Shown here piece after piece: positions 37,833 to 51,504 of a stretch of 64,000 nucleotides of DNA. Made by a program: the position numbers and the translations under genes. Below the pieces are notes generated by a model, which saw only the letters and a list, made by a program, of their open reading frames with translations, was not told where the DNA came from and did not search any database. The first letter of the stretch is position 1. Every line of letters begins with the position of its first letter. Source of the DNA: Felis catus (Eukaryota); the NCBI RefSeq assembly GCF_018350175.1, contig NC_058373.1:106394001-106458000 (forward strand), read 5' to 3'.

Positions 37833-38039
37833 TTTTTTTGTTAATGTTTATTTTTGAGACAGAGAGAGACAGAGCATGAACAGGGGAGGGTCAGAGAGAG
37901 GGAGACACAGAATCTGAAACAGGCTCCAGGCTCTGAGCTGTCAGCACAGAGCCCGATGCGGGGCTTGAACTCACTGACCGCGAGATCATGACCTGAGCCG
38001 AAGTCGGACGCTTAACCGACTGAGCCACCCAGGCACCCC
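37833..38039 (-). mobile_element. Can-SINE
   Basis: TSD ataaatgtgtgatttt. Confidence 0.93.
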
Positions 38040-38311
38040 ATAAATGTGTGATTTTTAAAATTATAAACGTAATAATACATGATCACTATAAAAATTTTTT
38101 AAAAATATAAACATACATAACTTAAAAAGTTACAGTCCCTATCCCTACTTCCTAGTCTCTCTCTGAGAGAGAGAGACAGAGACAGAGAGAGAGATCTGCT
38201 TTATATTTTAAAAGTCAGTATTCCATAGAATGAATGTTCTCATTCAGGCACTCCCCTTCTGTTGGACATTTATGATGCCACCATTCTTTTGCTATTAAAA
38301 ATTATGCTGTA

Positions 38312-38524
38312 GGGGCGCCTGGGCGCCTCAATTGGTTAAGCGTCCAACTTCAGCTCAGGTCATGATCTCACGGTTTGTAGGTTCGAGCCCGTGTCCTGTT
38401 CCGTGCTGACAGCTCGGAGCCTGGAGCCTGCTTCAGATTCTGTGTCTTCGTCTCTCTCTATCCCTTCCCGCTTGTTCTCTGTCTCTCTCTCTCTCAAAAT
38501 AAATAAATAAACATTTTTAAAAAA
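38312..38524 (+). mobile_element. Can-SINE
   Basis: ggggcgcctggg head; TSD aaaa(t/a)tatgctg. Confidence 0.93.
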
Positions 38525-38557
38525 TATGCTGCAGTAAACATCCCTTGAGTACATGAC

Positions 38558-38784
38558 TTTTTTTTTTTTAATTTTTTTTCAACGTTTTTTATTTATTTTT
38601 GGGACAGAGAGAGACAGAGCATGAAAGGGGGAGGGGCAGAGAGAGAGGGAGACACAGAATCGGAAACAGGCTCCAGGCTCCGAGCCATCAGCCCAGAGCC
38701 CGACGCGGGGCTCGAACTCAGGGACCGCGAGATCGTGACCTGGCTGAAGTCGGCGCTTAACCGACTGCGCCACCCAGGCGCCCC
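38558..38784 (-). mobile_element. Young felid Can-SINE
   Basis: TSD gagtacatgacttttt. Confidence 0.95.
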
Positions 38785-39978
38785 AGAGTACATGACTTTT
38801 TGATGAGACCACTGGAGTTCAAGAATGTAACTATTTTGAACTTTACTACATAGCTATTTGAAAATGGTCTAGTAAAACATTCTTCTTTGTGCCAAACCTG
38901 TATGTCAAACTGGAAGAATTAGAAGAAGGCAAAGAAGGAGCAGGATTCAACAATACAGAGGCTAAGAAAAGGGCTGTTTCCAGCAGATGCTATGAAACAA
39001 GAGTAAACATCCACCAGGACTCACATTTAAGTAGAGCCTGGAGCTCCAGACTTCAGACAGAATCGCTGTCAAAGAGACTGGAGAAAGTGGGTTCAAAAGA
39101 AAGACTTTTTTAGTACAGAAATGGCTGATTAGGAAAGTTTCACAGAATTGAAAGCATTGAAGCTCAACCTTGAAGGATGTGGAGGATTCCTAATAGGCTA
39201 AAAAATAGGTAAAGAATTTCTAAGGACGGAAGTGTGGCTGCTTTGATGTTCAGTCAGATACATTCACAAAGTTATTTGAATTTCCATATATTCCATCTAA
39301 AGTTTGGACACCGTCTCACCGTCATCTTCTTTGAACAGTCTGAAAGGAATCTGTCATGTTTGAGGTAAAAAAGTTGACTAAACCCTAAGCAAGCTAGTAT
39401 GTGAACAGTTAAAATATTCTGGGTAAAACCATAAATATAAATAAGAGCCTGCAGAGGATACTGAATTTCTTTGTTCTGTAGGATTTCATGACATGAGAGC
39501 AGAAGCCACAATCAAATGTGTCCTGGAAGAGGAACCAGCAACCAATTACTATGTCAATAATTCAATATAAGCATTAAATTTTCATAGTTTTTAAAAACTC
39601 TTTAAAATAATCTGCAGGACATTATCTCCTGCATCTGGTGTTCAGAGCTCTCTCGCGAATCATGACTCCTATGAATTGTACTTTGCTCTAGTTAAGGACC
39701 GAATTAACAGATTGGGCCACAAGCAAAAGCCAATTCTATTTAAGGGTGTGTTTTTTAAAAATTGGTTAACAGCTGGAATTTTAATCTGCCTCTCAAGACA
39801 AAGTAGTTTTTTTTGAAATAGACATTTCTTGAAAAGAGCAGTTGGAAAGAAAACAGAGAATCAAGTTACCTCTTTCCTAGAGTGTGTAGAAAACAGGCAA
39901 GAGTCGACGTATACCTTCTGTTCTATCTTTGTTTTATTATTTTTGCTCCAAACTCATGCATATTATTCAAACATATTG

Positions 39979-40321
39979 CAGTTGACTCTTCAACAAAGTG
40001 GGGGCTAGGGGCACCAACATCCTTCACAGTGAAAATCCACATATAACTTTTGACTCCCCCAAAACTCAACTACCAATTGCCCACTGTTAACTGGAAGCCT
40101 TACCAGTAACATAAACAGCCAATTAGCACACATTGTGTGTGCTATATGGGTTATATACTGTATTCTTAAACTAAGTAAGCTAGAGAAAAGAAAAGAGTAA
40201 GTTATTTTAAGAAAATCATAAGACAAAAAATACATTTACAGTACTGTACTATATTTATCCACAAAATTCTCATGGAAGTGGACCCTTGCAGTTCAAAAGT
40301 ATGTTGTTTAAGGGTCAGCTG
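39979..40321. mobile_element. Tigger2a-like MITE (TcMar-Tigger) with both TIRs
   Basis: TIRs cagttgactcttcaacaa and ttgtttaagggtcagctg, the latter followed by TA. Confidence 0.85.
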
Positions 40322-40773
40322 TATTTTTTATTTACTTGGAAGTGTGTAAGGCAGATGCTCTTACATTCTGGAAAGAAACCAAGGATTAAAACAGCTGTAC
40401 AGTTGCCAGTTAGCTGCTGCTAATTGTTCATCAGATGATCCCAGAGACCTGATTTTTTGAAAATGATACCCCTTAAGGGAATTCTTTAATTCAATTCTTT
40501 AATGCTTCAGATTTCTTCTGTGAATGGCAAAATTAATACTTTCAAAGTTATTTCTTAACATACCTTATAGTCTAGACATGAATCTTTTCTTCTTGACTGA
40601 AAGAAATGGAAGGTAATTCATCATTTGTTGAATATTTGCTGTGTACCTGCCAGTCAGCATGTTAACGCTTAAGGTTTCCATCATGCCAATCAATAAATAT
40701 TCTAAAAAGCCAAACCTGATAATGATATAACAAACTTGATTTGTATTTAAAAATCAGTGTTTATTTTTCAGTG

Positions 40774-40967
40774 TTTTTTTTTTTCTTTTTGAGAGAGGGA
40801 GCACACATGTGAACAGGGAAAGAGCAGAGACAGAGAGAGAGAATCTTAAGCAGCCTCCACACCCAGTGCAGAGCCTGACACAGGGCTCAGTCTCACAACT
40901 GTGAGATCATGACCTGAGCAGAAATCAAGACCATCACACTTAACCGGCTGAGCCACCCAGGTGCCCC
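40774..40967 (-). mobile_element. Older Can-SINE
   Basis: Head ...caggtgcccc; TSD-like tattt(t/c)tcagtgtttt. Confidence 0.9.
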
Positions 40968-42846
40968 TATTTCTCAGTGTTTTAAAACTTCATTCATTCA
41001 ATACTTACTGAATGCCTATAATGTGCTAATGAGCACTTATCCTGGTTTCTGGGGAAATAACAGTGAGTGAGATGGATATATACCCCCTAGCCCCACAGAA
41101 GAGAGAAAGAAACAACCAACAAAGAAAAACACAACTATGCAGGCATGACAGAGACTGCTAATTGTCCCCCTGTGTCTATTCTTTCTCTCCTTTAGAAATA
41201 GATAACCCCCCCGCCCCCAGGAATTTACCATATGGTCACCCAGCTAAATACTAAACAGAGTGACTCAAACGAACTCAAATTTCATTTCTCTTATTTAACT
41301 GTCCAGAAGCATGTGGCCATATCTAGGGGGATCCCAACCTCAATATGGCCACATGACTGGGATGTGAATGAGAGCCATGTGTGTTGCTTCTGGCTCATGT
41401 CTTCAAAGAAGACGCTCATTCAAGACAGAAGGAATCAAGTCCTGGATGCCCTCCTGGGACAGACCCTCACCTGCTTCTGGGCTGTTAAGAGAAATAAAAT
41501 TCTAGCTTGTTTGAGCCACTCTATTTTTGCATCTCTTTGCTACAGCAGCTTAAGTTGTGCTCTAACAAAGCAGATAAATAAAACAACTTACAGTTATAAT
41601 AAGTGGTCTGAAGGAAACAAACAAGAGAAAAAATGAAAGGCTATCAGTGGGGAGGGGTGGATTACTTTCAAGAAGATGCACAGGCCACTCTGAGGAGGGG
41701 AGACCAAAAGATGAGAAGAGGCAATATGTAGCTTTCAAATTTCCCTATTGTGCTTTCAGTTCTTTTTCCTTGCCTGTATTTTGACTGCACTGTTTTTCTT
41801 ACTCTTGTCCACATACCAGGGTGCAATTACTATACCCCTATATCAAGTCTTGGGATACCCCTATATCCCTTGGGGTATACCCAAGGGATATACCCTTGGG
41901 ATACCCCTTGATATACCCCTATATCAAGTCAGGTACTCCTTCCTGGAGTACCTGATCTCTCTGGATGTACCATTGTCATCCCCTTTATGTAAAAAGCCAC
42001 ATGCATCAGTTAACCAGTCGGCGACGAACCATATGAATGGTTGTCTACCTCGTCTTATAGTCACACTAGACAGGGAGATATTTGAGGGCAAGCACGGTCC
42101 TATTGTCTCTGTACCCCAGCACAGTACTTAGCACTTAATAAGAGTTCAATACATTTTATCGAATGATTACGTTTACAAGGTAGGACTCACCAAATGTTTA
42201 AGAGATTCCTTCTTCTTTGGCAGCAAAAAGATAAAACCTCAAAGCAGCTCTATCTTTTAAGACAAGCTTTTCCAAAGGCCTGGTAATGGTGTAGTGATTA
42301 CAATCAGAATTTATATCATCCATCTTGCCCTCAGTTTGGCTGGATCACTGGAGGTAACTGAGGGGTCGCTGTACCTCAGAACGGCGGATGTATCATGGCT
42401 CTCAGTCTGGTCTGGTTTTGGCATCTTCGCCCACATGCCACAGGGCCCTGGACTGTACTTAGAGAACTAAACATCTCCTCCACACTCACTCCTCTGCCCC
42501 AGTTTCTACTATCAGTGACTCAGGGATGGGGCGGGGGGCAGTCTTAGCCATGAAATGACTATACTTTGCCACTAACATGTTAACCTAGTCCTGCTTCCCC
42601 CCTTTCATGAGATTCCATGTGTCTCACCGTTAAACAAAATTATATTGCCTAATAAAAAGAATGACAATAACCAATTTATTTAACTTTCCTATGTGTTAAG
42701 CACCGTGCTGACAGCTGTCCGTGTATTAATTCATTTAAACTCTGTGACAACCCTGTGAGGCAGGTGTTATTATTGTGCCAATTTTACAGATGAATAAACT
42801 GAGAATGAGGGAAAGTAAGTGACTTAAACAAGGCATCACATAATGC

Positions 42847-42959
42847 TAAGGTGAGCATCATCTTGGTTTGCCCACGACCATGGGGTTTTCCAGGACTTAG
42901 GCCTGTCAGTGTTAAAAGTGGGAGTGTCTTGGACAAACCGAGACAAACTAGTCATCCTG
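42847..42959. mobile_element. MER81-like hAT MITE inside a MIR
   Basis: Quasi-palindromic taaggtga...cttggtttgccc ... ggacaaaccgag...gtcatcctg. Confidence 0.65.
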
Positions 42960-43009
42960 TCAGTAGCTGAAGCATCTGAACCTGGGTAGTTGGATTCTAA
43001 ACCAATTGC

Positions 43010-43215
43010 TTTTTTTGTTGTTGTTATTAATGTATTATTTATTTTTGAGACAGAGTATGTAAGTGGGGAGGGGCAGGGAGAGTGGGGGACAGAGGATCCG
43101 AAGCAGGCTCTGTGTTGACAGCAGTGAGCCTGATGCTGGGCTCGAACTCGTGAACTGTGTGATCATGACCTGAGTCAAAGTCAGATGCTCAACCAACTGA
43201 GCCGCCCAGGTGCCC
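43010..43215 (-). mobile_element. Can-SINE
   Basis: Head ...caggtgccc, T-rich tail. Confidence 0.9.
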
Positions 43216-43275
43216 TGTAAAGCACTTGCTTTTAACTCTGATGTTATACTGCTTGAATTTTTGTGTGTTCATTAT

Positions 43276-43637
43276 TGTTATAGACTGAATGTAACCCCCA
43301 AAATTCACATATTGAGACCCTACCCCTCCAGTGTGATGGTATTAGGAGGTGGAACTCGCGGTGGTAGATTTAGATGAGGTCATGAGGGCAGAGCGCTCAT
43401 GAATGGGATTAGCGCCCCTAGTGGTGACAGTGCTTGCTGCTGTCCGCTCCCCACCATGGGAGGACACGGTGAGAAGTCTGTGGTCCGGAACACGACCCTC
43501 ACCAGAACTGGACCACACTGGCACCCTACCTCAGACTTCCAGCCTCCACAACTGTGAGAAATAGAAATACATTTTTGTTGTTTATAAGCCTCCTGTTTTA
43601 GGGTATTTTGTTATAGCAGTCTGAGCTGATGAAGACA
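43276..43637 (+). mobile_element. MaLR solo LTR (MLT1A/B-like)
   Basis: tgttatagactgaatgt...gacttccagcctccacaactgtgagaaata...ttttgttatagcag...gaagaca; 5-bp TSD attat/attac. Confidence 0.85.
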
Positions 43638-44761
43638 ATTACTCAAAAGAACAGAAATTCTCTCTGGGGTATCTAGCAAATGTTAAGTGAAAACAGTGGT
43701 AGCCGGAAAGCCTTTCTCATGAAGTCATAACATTATGCACTGAAATCTCCATTATAGGGTTTTTCAAAACACCATTAACACGTGTACTTTAAGAAACATG
43801 CTTTTTGATTTGCCACCTGAATAAATTCAGTATCGATACATAGCAAGCATTTCCCTTAGTCTGTATAATATGAATATGAAAAGACTCACTACTAAACCTC
43901 ATTAGAAATGAATTACATTTTTGGTGAACACTTTCCCCAGCAATGAGTTGTTTTGCCTCAAGAATTCCAGAATTACAGATGAGAACTGTCCTAGGCCCCA
44001 TTCCTTACAGAACCGGTCCCAGGGGGGCAAGAAGCTGAGAACGCTGAAATGCAGTCTTGCAAGATCAGCCATGCAGGTCTTGTTTTGCATTAAGAGTAAA
44101 TTTAAACAGAAGTTAGATAAAAAGGGTTATTTCTCTTTGCCTTTATCACACAATAGTCTACACAATCCCTGTAAACATTAAAGCCCTATGCACCTCTTGG
44201 CTGGTTCGGGGGGGAGAAAACCCACTGCATCAACAAGCACTTCTTATGATACCAAGGAAGGGGTAGTCTGCTGCCCTTCAGGAGTTTACAGTACATTGGC
44301 GACAGCTGGGATGAAAGGTAATGAACGGAAGATACAGGACAATGCACTGTGGGAATGTGGGAGGAGAAAGCCGTCCTTTCTGACCTGTGGGATATGGAGG
44401 AGCATCAACAGGAGCTGGTTTTTGGGTGGATGGATAAGATGGCAACAGGAGGAGATAGGAGTCTCACCCTCCCCAAACAGAGAACACAGAATGAGTAAAG
44501 CCATGGGAAAGTCCAAGTCTTAAGAAAAAGATTGTCTGATGTAGCTGACACCAGCTATGTGGAACACAATAGAATAAACAAAGCAAAAGCCAAAACAATA
44601 TAACACTTGGGATTTCCAGGATTAATGCATGGTTTCCTTTTATTTAGATTCTTGGGGTATGCAAATGTATCTAGTTTGCATTAAGGCCAATTCAATATTC
44701 TCAGACCGCTACTCGCGTCTAAGAATTTATCATTGAAAACCTTAATGATGTGGTTAAGCTC

Positions 44762-44796
44762 TATGTATGTACGTATGTACGTATGTATGTATGTAT
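44762..44796. repeat. (TATG/TACG)n tetranucleotide repeat
   Basis: tatgtatgtacgtatgtacgtatgtatgtatgtat. Confidence 0.9.
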
Positions 44797-45261
44797 CTTC
44801 ATTTTTATAAACTAGAGATTCATGGGAATTAACAGTGATTGCATCAACTACAAATATTCAGAAATAAAAATAAAGACTTAGATTTTCAAACCAAGTCTAT
44901 TTCCCAGAAGCCTTGGCAGCCTTGAATATTTTATTTAAAGAATTATGTAATGACACGAGCTCTTCTTCTCATATCAAAGTCGCCCATCACCGACAGGATC
45001 TGTATTTTAAATTATTTCTCTAAAAGCTGTGATGGATTTGTGATGACCCTTTTATACTCTCATTCCCCAACTGATATTTTGATTCCATACTTACAGAATG
45101 GCAGAGTAGGCAGAGGGAGCCAACTGTAGCCATGGAATCTATCAAAATCATGGGCCTCTGCAGCGGTCTTCAGTGGGCTGCTCACCAAACAGGCTAAGAA
45201 TAACCAAGAATTGCCGGCAAACTCATCAGTCTGAACTATGTGCAAGAAGTGCAGGCATTGC

Positions 45262-45493
45262 TTTTTTTTTTTTTTTTAATATTTTTTTTTCAACGTTTAT
45301 TTATTTTTGGGACAGAGAGAGACAGAGCATGAACGGGGGAGGGGCAGAGAGAGAGGGAGACACAGAATCAGAAACAGGCTCCAGGCTCTGAGCCATCAGC
45401 CCAGAGCCTGACGCGGGGCTCGAACTCCCGGACCGCGAGATCGTGACCTGGCTGAAGTCGGACGCTTAACCAACTGCGCCACCCAGGCGCCCC
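45262..45493 (-). mobile_element. Young felid Can-SINE
   Basis: TSD caggcattgcttttt. Confidence 0.95.
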
Positions 45494-46655
45494 CAGGCAT
45501 TGCTTTTTAAGGTGCCAAGTTGTCTCCTTAACTTTTACAAAATTAAAATCCAAGTGCATCTGTGAGCACCATGGAGGTGTGTGAATCATAAGCGTTCATA
45601 AAATGTCATGCCTAATTTAAGTCTTATCATCAAATAGTATTTATTAAACGCCCACATCCTGCACAGGCATGGCAGTGTTCGAGGCACATTAGCAAAAGAA
45701 TGCTGTATCTTCAAGCCATGAAAATACTTCATAATAAAATGCCAAACTGCTGCTGGAGGCCATAACGATTATTCTTCTACTGTGAATATTCTCACCATAA
45801 ATTTCAAATAAACAGTGGAATGGAGTAACTTCTCCCATATGGTGAAATCTTCACTGAAGTACTTCATGTTCAATTATCCTTATCAGTAAATAAAAGGCTT
45901 ATATGCAGCTCCAATTATGCTTCTTGTGGATATGACAAGACATTCTCAGAAGAATTACTCATGTATGGATTCCTGTCATTTTGCATTGTGCTTTTTAAAA
46001 TTATGAGACCACAAGAAACACAGTGAGAAGGAATGTCTACATTTAAATTGTCAAAGAAATACTTTATTTCAGACTCGAGTATACTATTCATTATTTATTG
46101 CTATTGCCTTTGATAATCACTTCTGAGAATACATAGACTAAAAAATTCCATAAAAGCTGAACAAATAGAACATTTGAAGACAATAGTACCGAAATTACTT
46201 TTTATATCTGGAGGCTGAGGACGCACATAATTGCTAGGAAAATAAGATTTTTAGTCGATCAACTGGTGTTTCATCTACAGAACGTTAAAAAAAAATCTGA
46301 TTGTTTTTATATCATGTAATTGGCTTTAAAAAACTAAACTGTATTAACCTGTTGTTTGCACATTTTTAGACCGATCCTGAGATACTTTTAAATTTGAATG
46401 AGTTATGCTATCCTCAGGGATTTTTTTTTTTTTACTGCTTAGTTACTTTCATTTACAAATGTGCTCACTATATGTCAATTCCATTGTTCAACTTATCCAC
46501 AATTACATTTAGCTGCCTTCAATGTGCTCTGCATTCTACTAGGAAATTTGAGTGCTACCAAAGAAGCAAAAGAAGGTCGAAATAACAGCTTATGCCTTTC
46601 TAAATTAAGTTCCATGACAGCCTAATTCCTTCCTTTCCTTACCAATGATTTAAGA

Positions 46656-46683
46656 AAAGAAGAAGAAGAAGAAGAAGAAGAAG
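46656..46683. repeat. (AAG)~9 microsatellite
   Basis: Direct reading. Confidence 0.95.
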
Positions 46684-49164
46684 GCCCAATAAGAGGAAAT
46701 CTTTGCTTCTGGCTGATTCCTTTGCTAACATGATGCTAAATCGGGCAACTATGACTATGCATCTTTTAGGTTCCTGCTTTTCTGCTCAAGGAAGCTCCTA
46801 AGCTGTGAAAAACACTCATCACCTAAGATGAATGTGACTGAGACACAGCTCTTGTCCTTCATTATTTAATAGCTCAGGTTCTCAAACATGTAGGCAACCT
46901 ACTAATAATATCCTCATTGGTCAATAAACGACTTTTCCCCATTTTAGATATGGGGGTATTTAGGGCTTAGAAAACGATTAAAGGATGTAATATTTATAAA
47001 ACCCTGTAGCTAAGTCTGTGGGATCCCTGTGACTGAATTCCAGGTAAATGGTCCAGCTCTAGGTAGTGAAGCTCTTCAGTATGCCAGTCATCACGCTCCT
47101 TTGGATGAGGTTCAAGTTGTGTCCAATTCACACTGGATTCCATCTCTAATGAACACCGGTACAGTAAAATTTCGGAGCAATGAATTTCAGATGGTTTGAT
47201 ATATATTAGTATAATAGTAAATTTGTTAAGGGATATCGTTCCTTACCGTAAAATAGTTCGTAAATTAAGACTTAACTACATTGTCCTTTCCTTAAGTATT
47301 GTAAGTGGCTTCTCAGGTCAAAGCCCCAAGACAATAAAGTGCAAATCTGTGAGACACATTTCAAAGTGTGTTCTATCTCATTAGCTATGAACTATTCCTA
47401 TGCCTAGTCGGTTATATTGGAAGAAACATTCTCATCATTTATTTCTTGTTACAGTAAACAAAACCATATTAAATCTACCTAAGAAAAAATTAAAGATAGT
47501 ATTATGTCATATAATTTACTGTTGTCGTTCCAGGAATAAATGAGGAAGCATTCTACATCTATTATGTATATTCTGCTGCCAAAAGCTAATTTCTGGTAGA
47601 GAACGAACATGGGAAAGAGAACTCACTTTAAACCAATAACAATATTCATTTAGAGAGCATAAATACTCTCATTTTGGATTGAACCTTTAAATATCTCATG
47701 AAAGCTAAATTTTCCATCATCGAGTATCAAAAATAGTTGTTCCATCACATGAAGAGTCTCCTGAAGGCACTGCTGTGTCCCCACCTGAGCTACCAGCTCA
47801 TCCCTCTATGTCTAAGACTCAGCAAGGACAAGCACATGAAATTACAAGCAGGTGGGAGCAGTGCCATTTCTCAGGTACGCAGGGGATGATGTATCTGGAC
47901 TTTTCACTTACTGTCTTTCTTCTCCTTTCCACCCTGCTTTTTGACAATCTCATTAATTATCACACCCCAGAGAAGATGAAAGAAAAGGACAAGAAGCAGG
48001 AAAAGAAATGAATATTCTATTCAGTCCATCCTCTGGTACTTCATTTTTGGCACATCCAGAAAGGGGTATCATACCAGGATGATGGAATGTAATGATGAAA
48101 TAAGGATTTTAAATCATCTGAAGTTTTGTCCACCTAAACCTTTCTTTCTTCTGTGTTAGTAACAGTTACTGCTATTTTTCCATCATTGAAAAGATTGGGA
48201 TAAACCTGCACACAGGTTTGCTAACCAGAAAGTCACGTTCACAAATCTTGGGCTAGTACCCACACGTTGGTCAAAGAGTATCTATAGTTAGCTGTGAGCA
48301 CCACTTAAGTGGAAGGAAAATTTTAAGTGCCTTAAGCAGCAGAATTAAAACTTAATGCAACTGCTGAGTTAATGATAGTATAATTCTTTACTGTTCTATA
48401 ACAACAACTGGGACTTTCTTACTAAGTTGACTTTAAAAATTGCTGATTATCCTCCCAAAGCATTCTGCATCCCACCTGGTGGAATGTGGAATCAACTCTG
48501 AATAAAAAGTGTACAAAGTGATGTATACTCTATACAACGCTCTACAGATTATTGTAATTTGGCTCCGAGGGGCTGGTTTCTTTCCACCTCTGCAATCTTA
48601 GCTGTGTCACCTGCTGTTTTAGCTGTGTCGACACGGGCAAGATTAAGAGCTGAAGTAATTAGGCAAATACAATTCAGGCCAAAAATATGATGGAGAAATA
48701 AACTATTTGGCAGTCTTTCTCTACACTGATAAATTCAGTTCATGAGAGTCCAATTCTTTACTTTTTTTTTCCTCAAGAAGGCTCAAATAAAAACTTGTGA
48801 AGTCAATGAAACTTAAGTAATTTTCACTCAGAATCTAATATTTGCATAGGTTCTTAATATTCCCTTCTGAACAAACCACAAGCTTGGTGGATAAATCTGG
48901 TCACAGTATTTCACCACCCACCAAGAGCTGAGCTCTGAGGAGTGGTACAGTAAAATCAGCCAATAGGCAACTCATAAAACATCCACAAATATCCCCACAG
49001 GTAGACGGCATGATTGGAAGTCACTCCTCTAAAAAAATCTTCCTGATAATCCAAGTACCATCTTTTTCTCATTAATCGGAGAGGCAAAGCTGGCCAAGCA
49101 ACCACTTTTATATTGCTTTACTGAATTAGCATTTCAGGGGGAAACTGTCGCAATAATAAGCAAA

Positions 49165-50322
49165 CACAGGCTGTAATCTCTTTGACATTGGCCTTAGCAA
49201 CATTTTTCTAGATATGTCGCCTCAGGCAAGGAAAACAAAAGCAAAAATAAACTATTGGGACTACACCAAAATAAAAAGCACAGCAAAAGAAAGTATCAAC
49301 AAAACGAAAAGACAACCTACCGAATGGGAGAAGATATTTGCAAATGATATATCCAACAGGGATTAATATCCAAAATACATAAAGAACTCACACACTTCAA
49401 CACCAAAAAACCAAGTAATCCAATTCAAAAATGGGCAGAGGACCTAAACAGACATTTTTCCAAAGTAGACCTTCAGATGGCCAATAGACACATGAAAAGA
49501 TGTTCAACATCACTAACTATCAGAGAAATGCAAATCAAAATAAAATGTGACATCATATTACACCTGTCAGAAATGGCTAAAATAAATAACAAATGTTGGT
49601 GAGGATGTGGAGAATAAAGGACCTTGGTGCGCTGTTGGTGGGAATGTAAATTGGCGCAGCCATTGTGGAAAATGGTATGGAGGTTCCTCGAAAAAGTAAA
49701 AATAGAAATACCATATAATTCAGTAATTCCACTACTGGGCATTTACCCTCCAAGAATGAAAACACAAATTTGGAAAGATATATGCACCCCCATATTTATT
49801 TAAAATATTGCAGTATTTATTTATAAAAATACAGCATTATTTACAATAGCCAAGATATGGAAGCAAACTAAGTGTCCGCCAATAGATGAATGGATAAAGA
49901 AGATGATGTATATACATATACAATGGAATATTACTCAGCCGTAAAAAAGGATGAGATCTTGTCATTTGTGACAATATGGAGGGAACTAGAGGGCATTATG
50001 CTACATGAAATAAGTCAGAGAAACACAAATATCATATGATTTCACTTTATGTGGAATCTAAAAAACAAAACAATGGAATAAACAAAAAATACAAATGAGT
50101 GAAGGGGAGTGGGAGATACAGCTGTCCAGTTATGGAATGAATAAGTCACAGGGATGACAGGTACAGCATGGGGAATATAGTCAATGGTACTATATGGTGA
50201 CAGATGGCAGCTACACTTGTGAGCAAAGCATAAACTGTAAGAGTTACCAAATCACTACGTTGTACACCTGAAACTAATATAAATTGTGTGTCAACTATAC
50301 TTCCATAAAAAATAATAATAAT
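49165..50322 (+). mobile_element. 5'-truncated L1 (end of ORF2 plus 3'UTR, carnivore/L1MA-type)
   Basis: gaatgggagaagatatttgcaaatga, gaaatgcaaatcaaaa, gatgaatggataaagaagatg, tgtacacctgaaactaatataa, A-rich tail. Confidence 0.93.
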
Positions 50323-51042
50323 AAACAGAAACCTCCTTCAAGGGTATGGCAAAGACATTTGCTTGGGTGGGACCATGTGACTAGTTCTTGCCAACAGGAT
50401 GTAAGCAGAAGTGATGTGTGTCACCGGCGGCCCGAGGTGGGTAAAAAGGGAGTACCTTCGCTCCTCTCTTCTGTCTACTGGCTGACTGTCCCTGTCTGTG
50501 TAACATTGAAAACCTTATGTTAAAGGTGACAGAAACAAAATACGGAGGGAGACTGGGTTCTTGAATCACCATTTGAGGGAGAGCTGCACGCTGCTTAGGG
50601 ACACACATATTAGACTTGATGTGAGTGAGAAATAAACCTCGATTGTGTTTGAGCATTAAACATCTTTGATTTGTTTAAAAAATGGCAGCTAGCATTACTG
50701 TAACTCAGACAAAGCCTATCACAGCATTTTGAACATGATGCTTCTTGATAATGATGCTGATATCTAACAATTATGAATTGTTAACTGGGCATCACACATG
50801 TTCTAAATCCTCTACAGATATCAACTCAATCCTTATAACAGCTTCATGAGGTAGGTACTATTCATTATTCCTATTTTACAGATGAGAAAATTGAGGCACA
50901 GTGAGTTTAAGAACACACAGTAACAGAAATTGAACTGAAATACCAGATGATGCATCTCCAGACCAAAAATAAGACAATTTGTACTCTATATTTTATATGA
51001 CAAATACCAAAATCCTCTGATTTAATGTATTTTTAAAAAAAT

Positions 51043-51257
51043 TCTGTTTAATTTTTTATTTTGAGAGAGAGAGAGAGAGAGAGAGACAGAGTGCCAGTGG
51101 GGTAGGGGCAGAGAGACGGGGAGAGACAAAATCCAAAGCAGGCTCCAGGCTCTGAGCTGTCAGCACAGAGTCCGAGGTGGGACTCAAACTGACGAACCGC
51201 AAGATCATGACCTGAGCTGCAGTCGGACGCTCAACCAGCTGAGCCGCCCAGGCGCCC
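51043..51257 (-). mobile_element. Can-SINE (older copy of a tandem pair)
   Basis: Head ...caggcgccc, (GA)n. Confidence 0.92.
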
Positions 51258-51271
51258 TGATTCAATATATA

Positions 51272-51504
51272 TTTTATTTTATTTTTTTTAATTTTTTTTC
51301 AATGTTTTTATTTATTTTTGGGACAGAGAGAGACAGAGCATGAACGGGGGAGGGGCAGAGAGAGAGGGAGACACAGAACCGGAAGCAGGCTCCAGGCTCC
51401 GAGCCATCAGCCCAGAGCCTGACACGGGGCTCGAACTCACGGACCGCGAGATCGTGACCTGGCTGAAGTCGGACGCTTAACCGACTGCGCCACCCAGGCG
51501 CCCC
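51272..51504 (-). mobile_element. Young felid Can-SINE (second copy of the tandem pair)
   Basis: TSD tcaatatatatttta at 51262 and 51505. Confidence 0.95.

Noticed and set aside
41831..41930. CRISPR-like repeat-spacer
   Set aside because: Only two repeats, the spacer is derived from the repeat itself, and the context is a mammalian intron.
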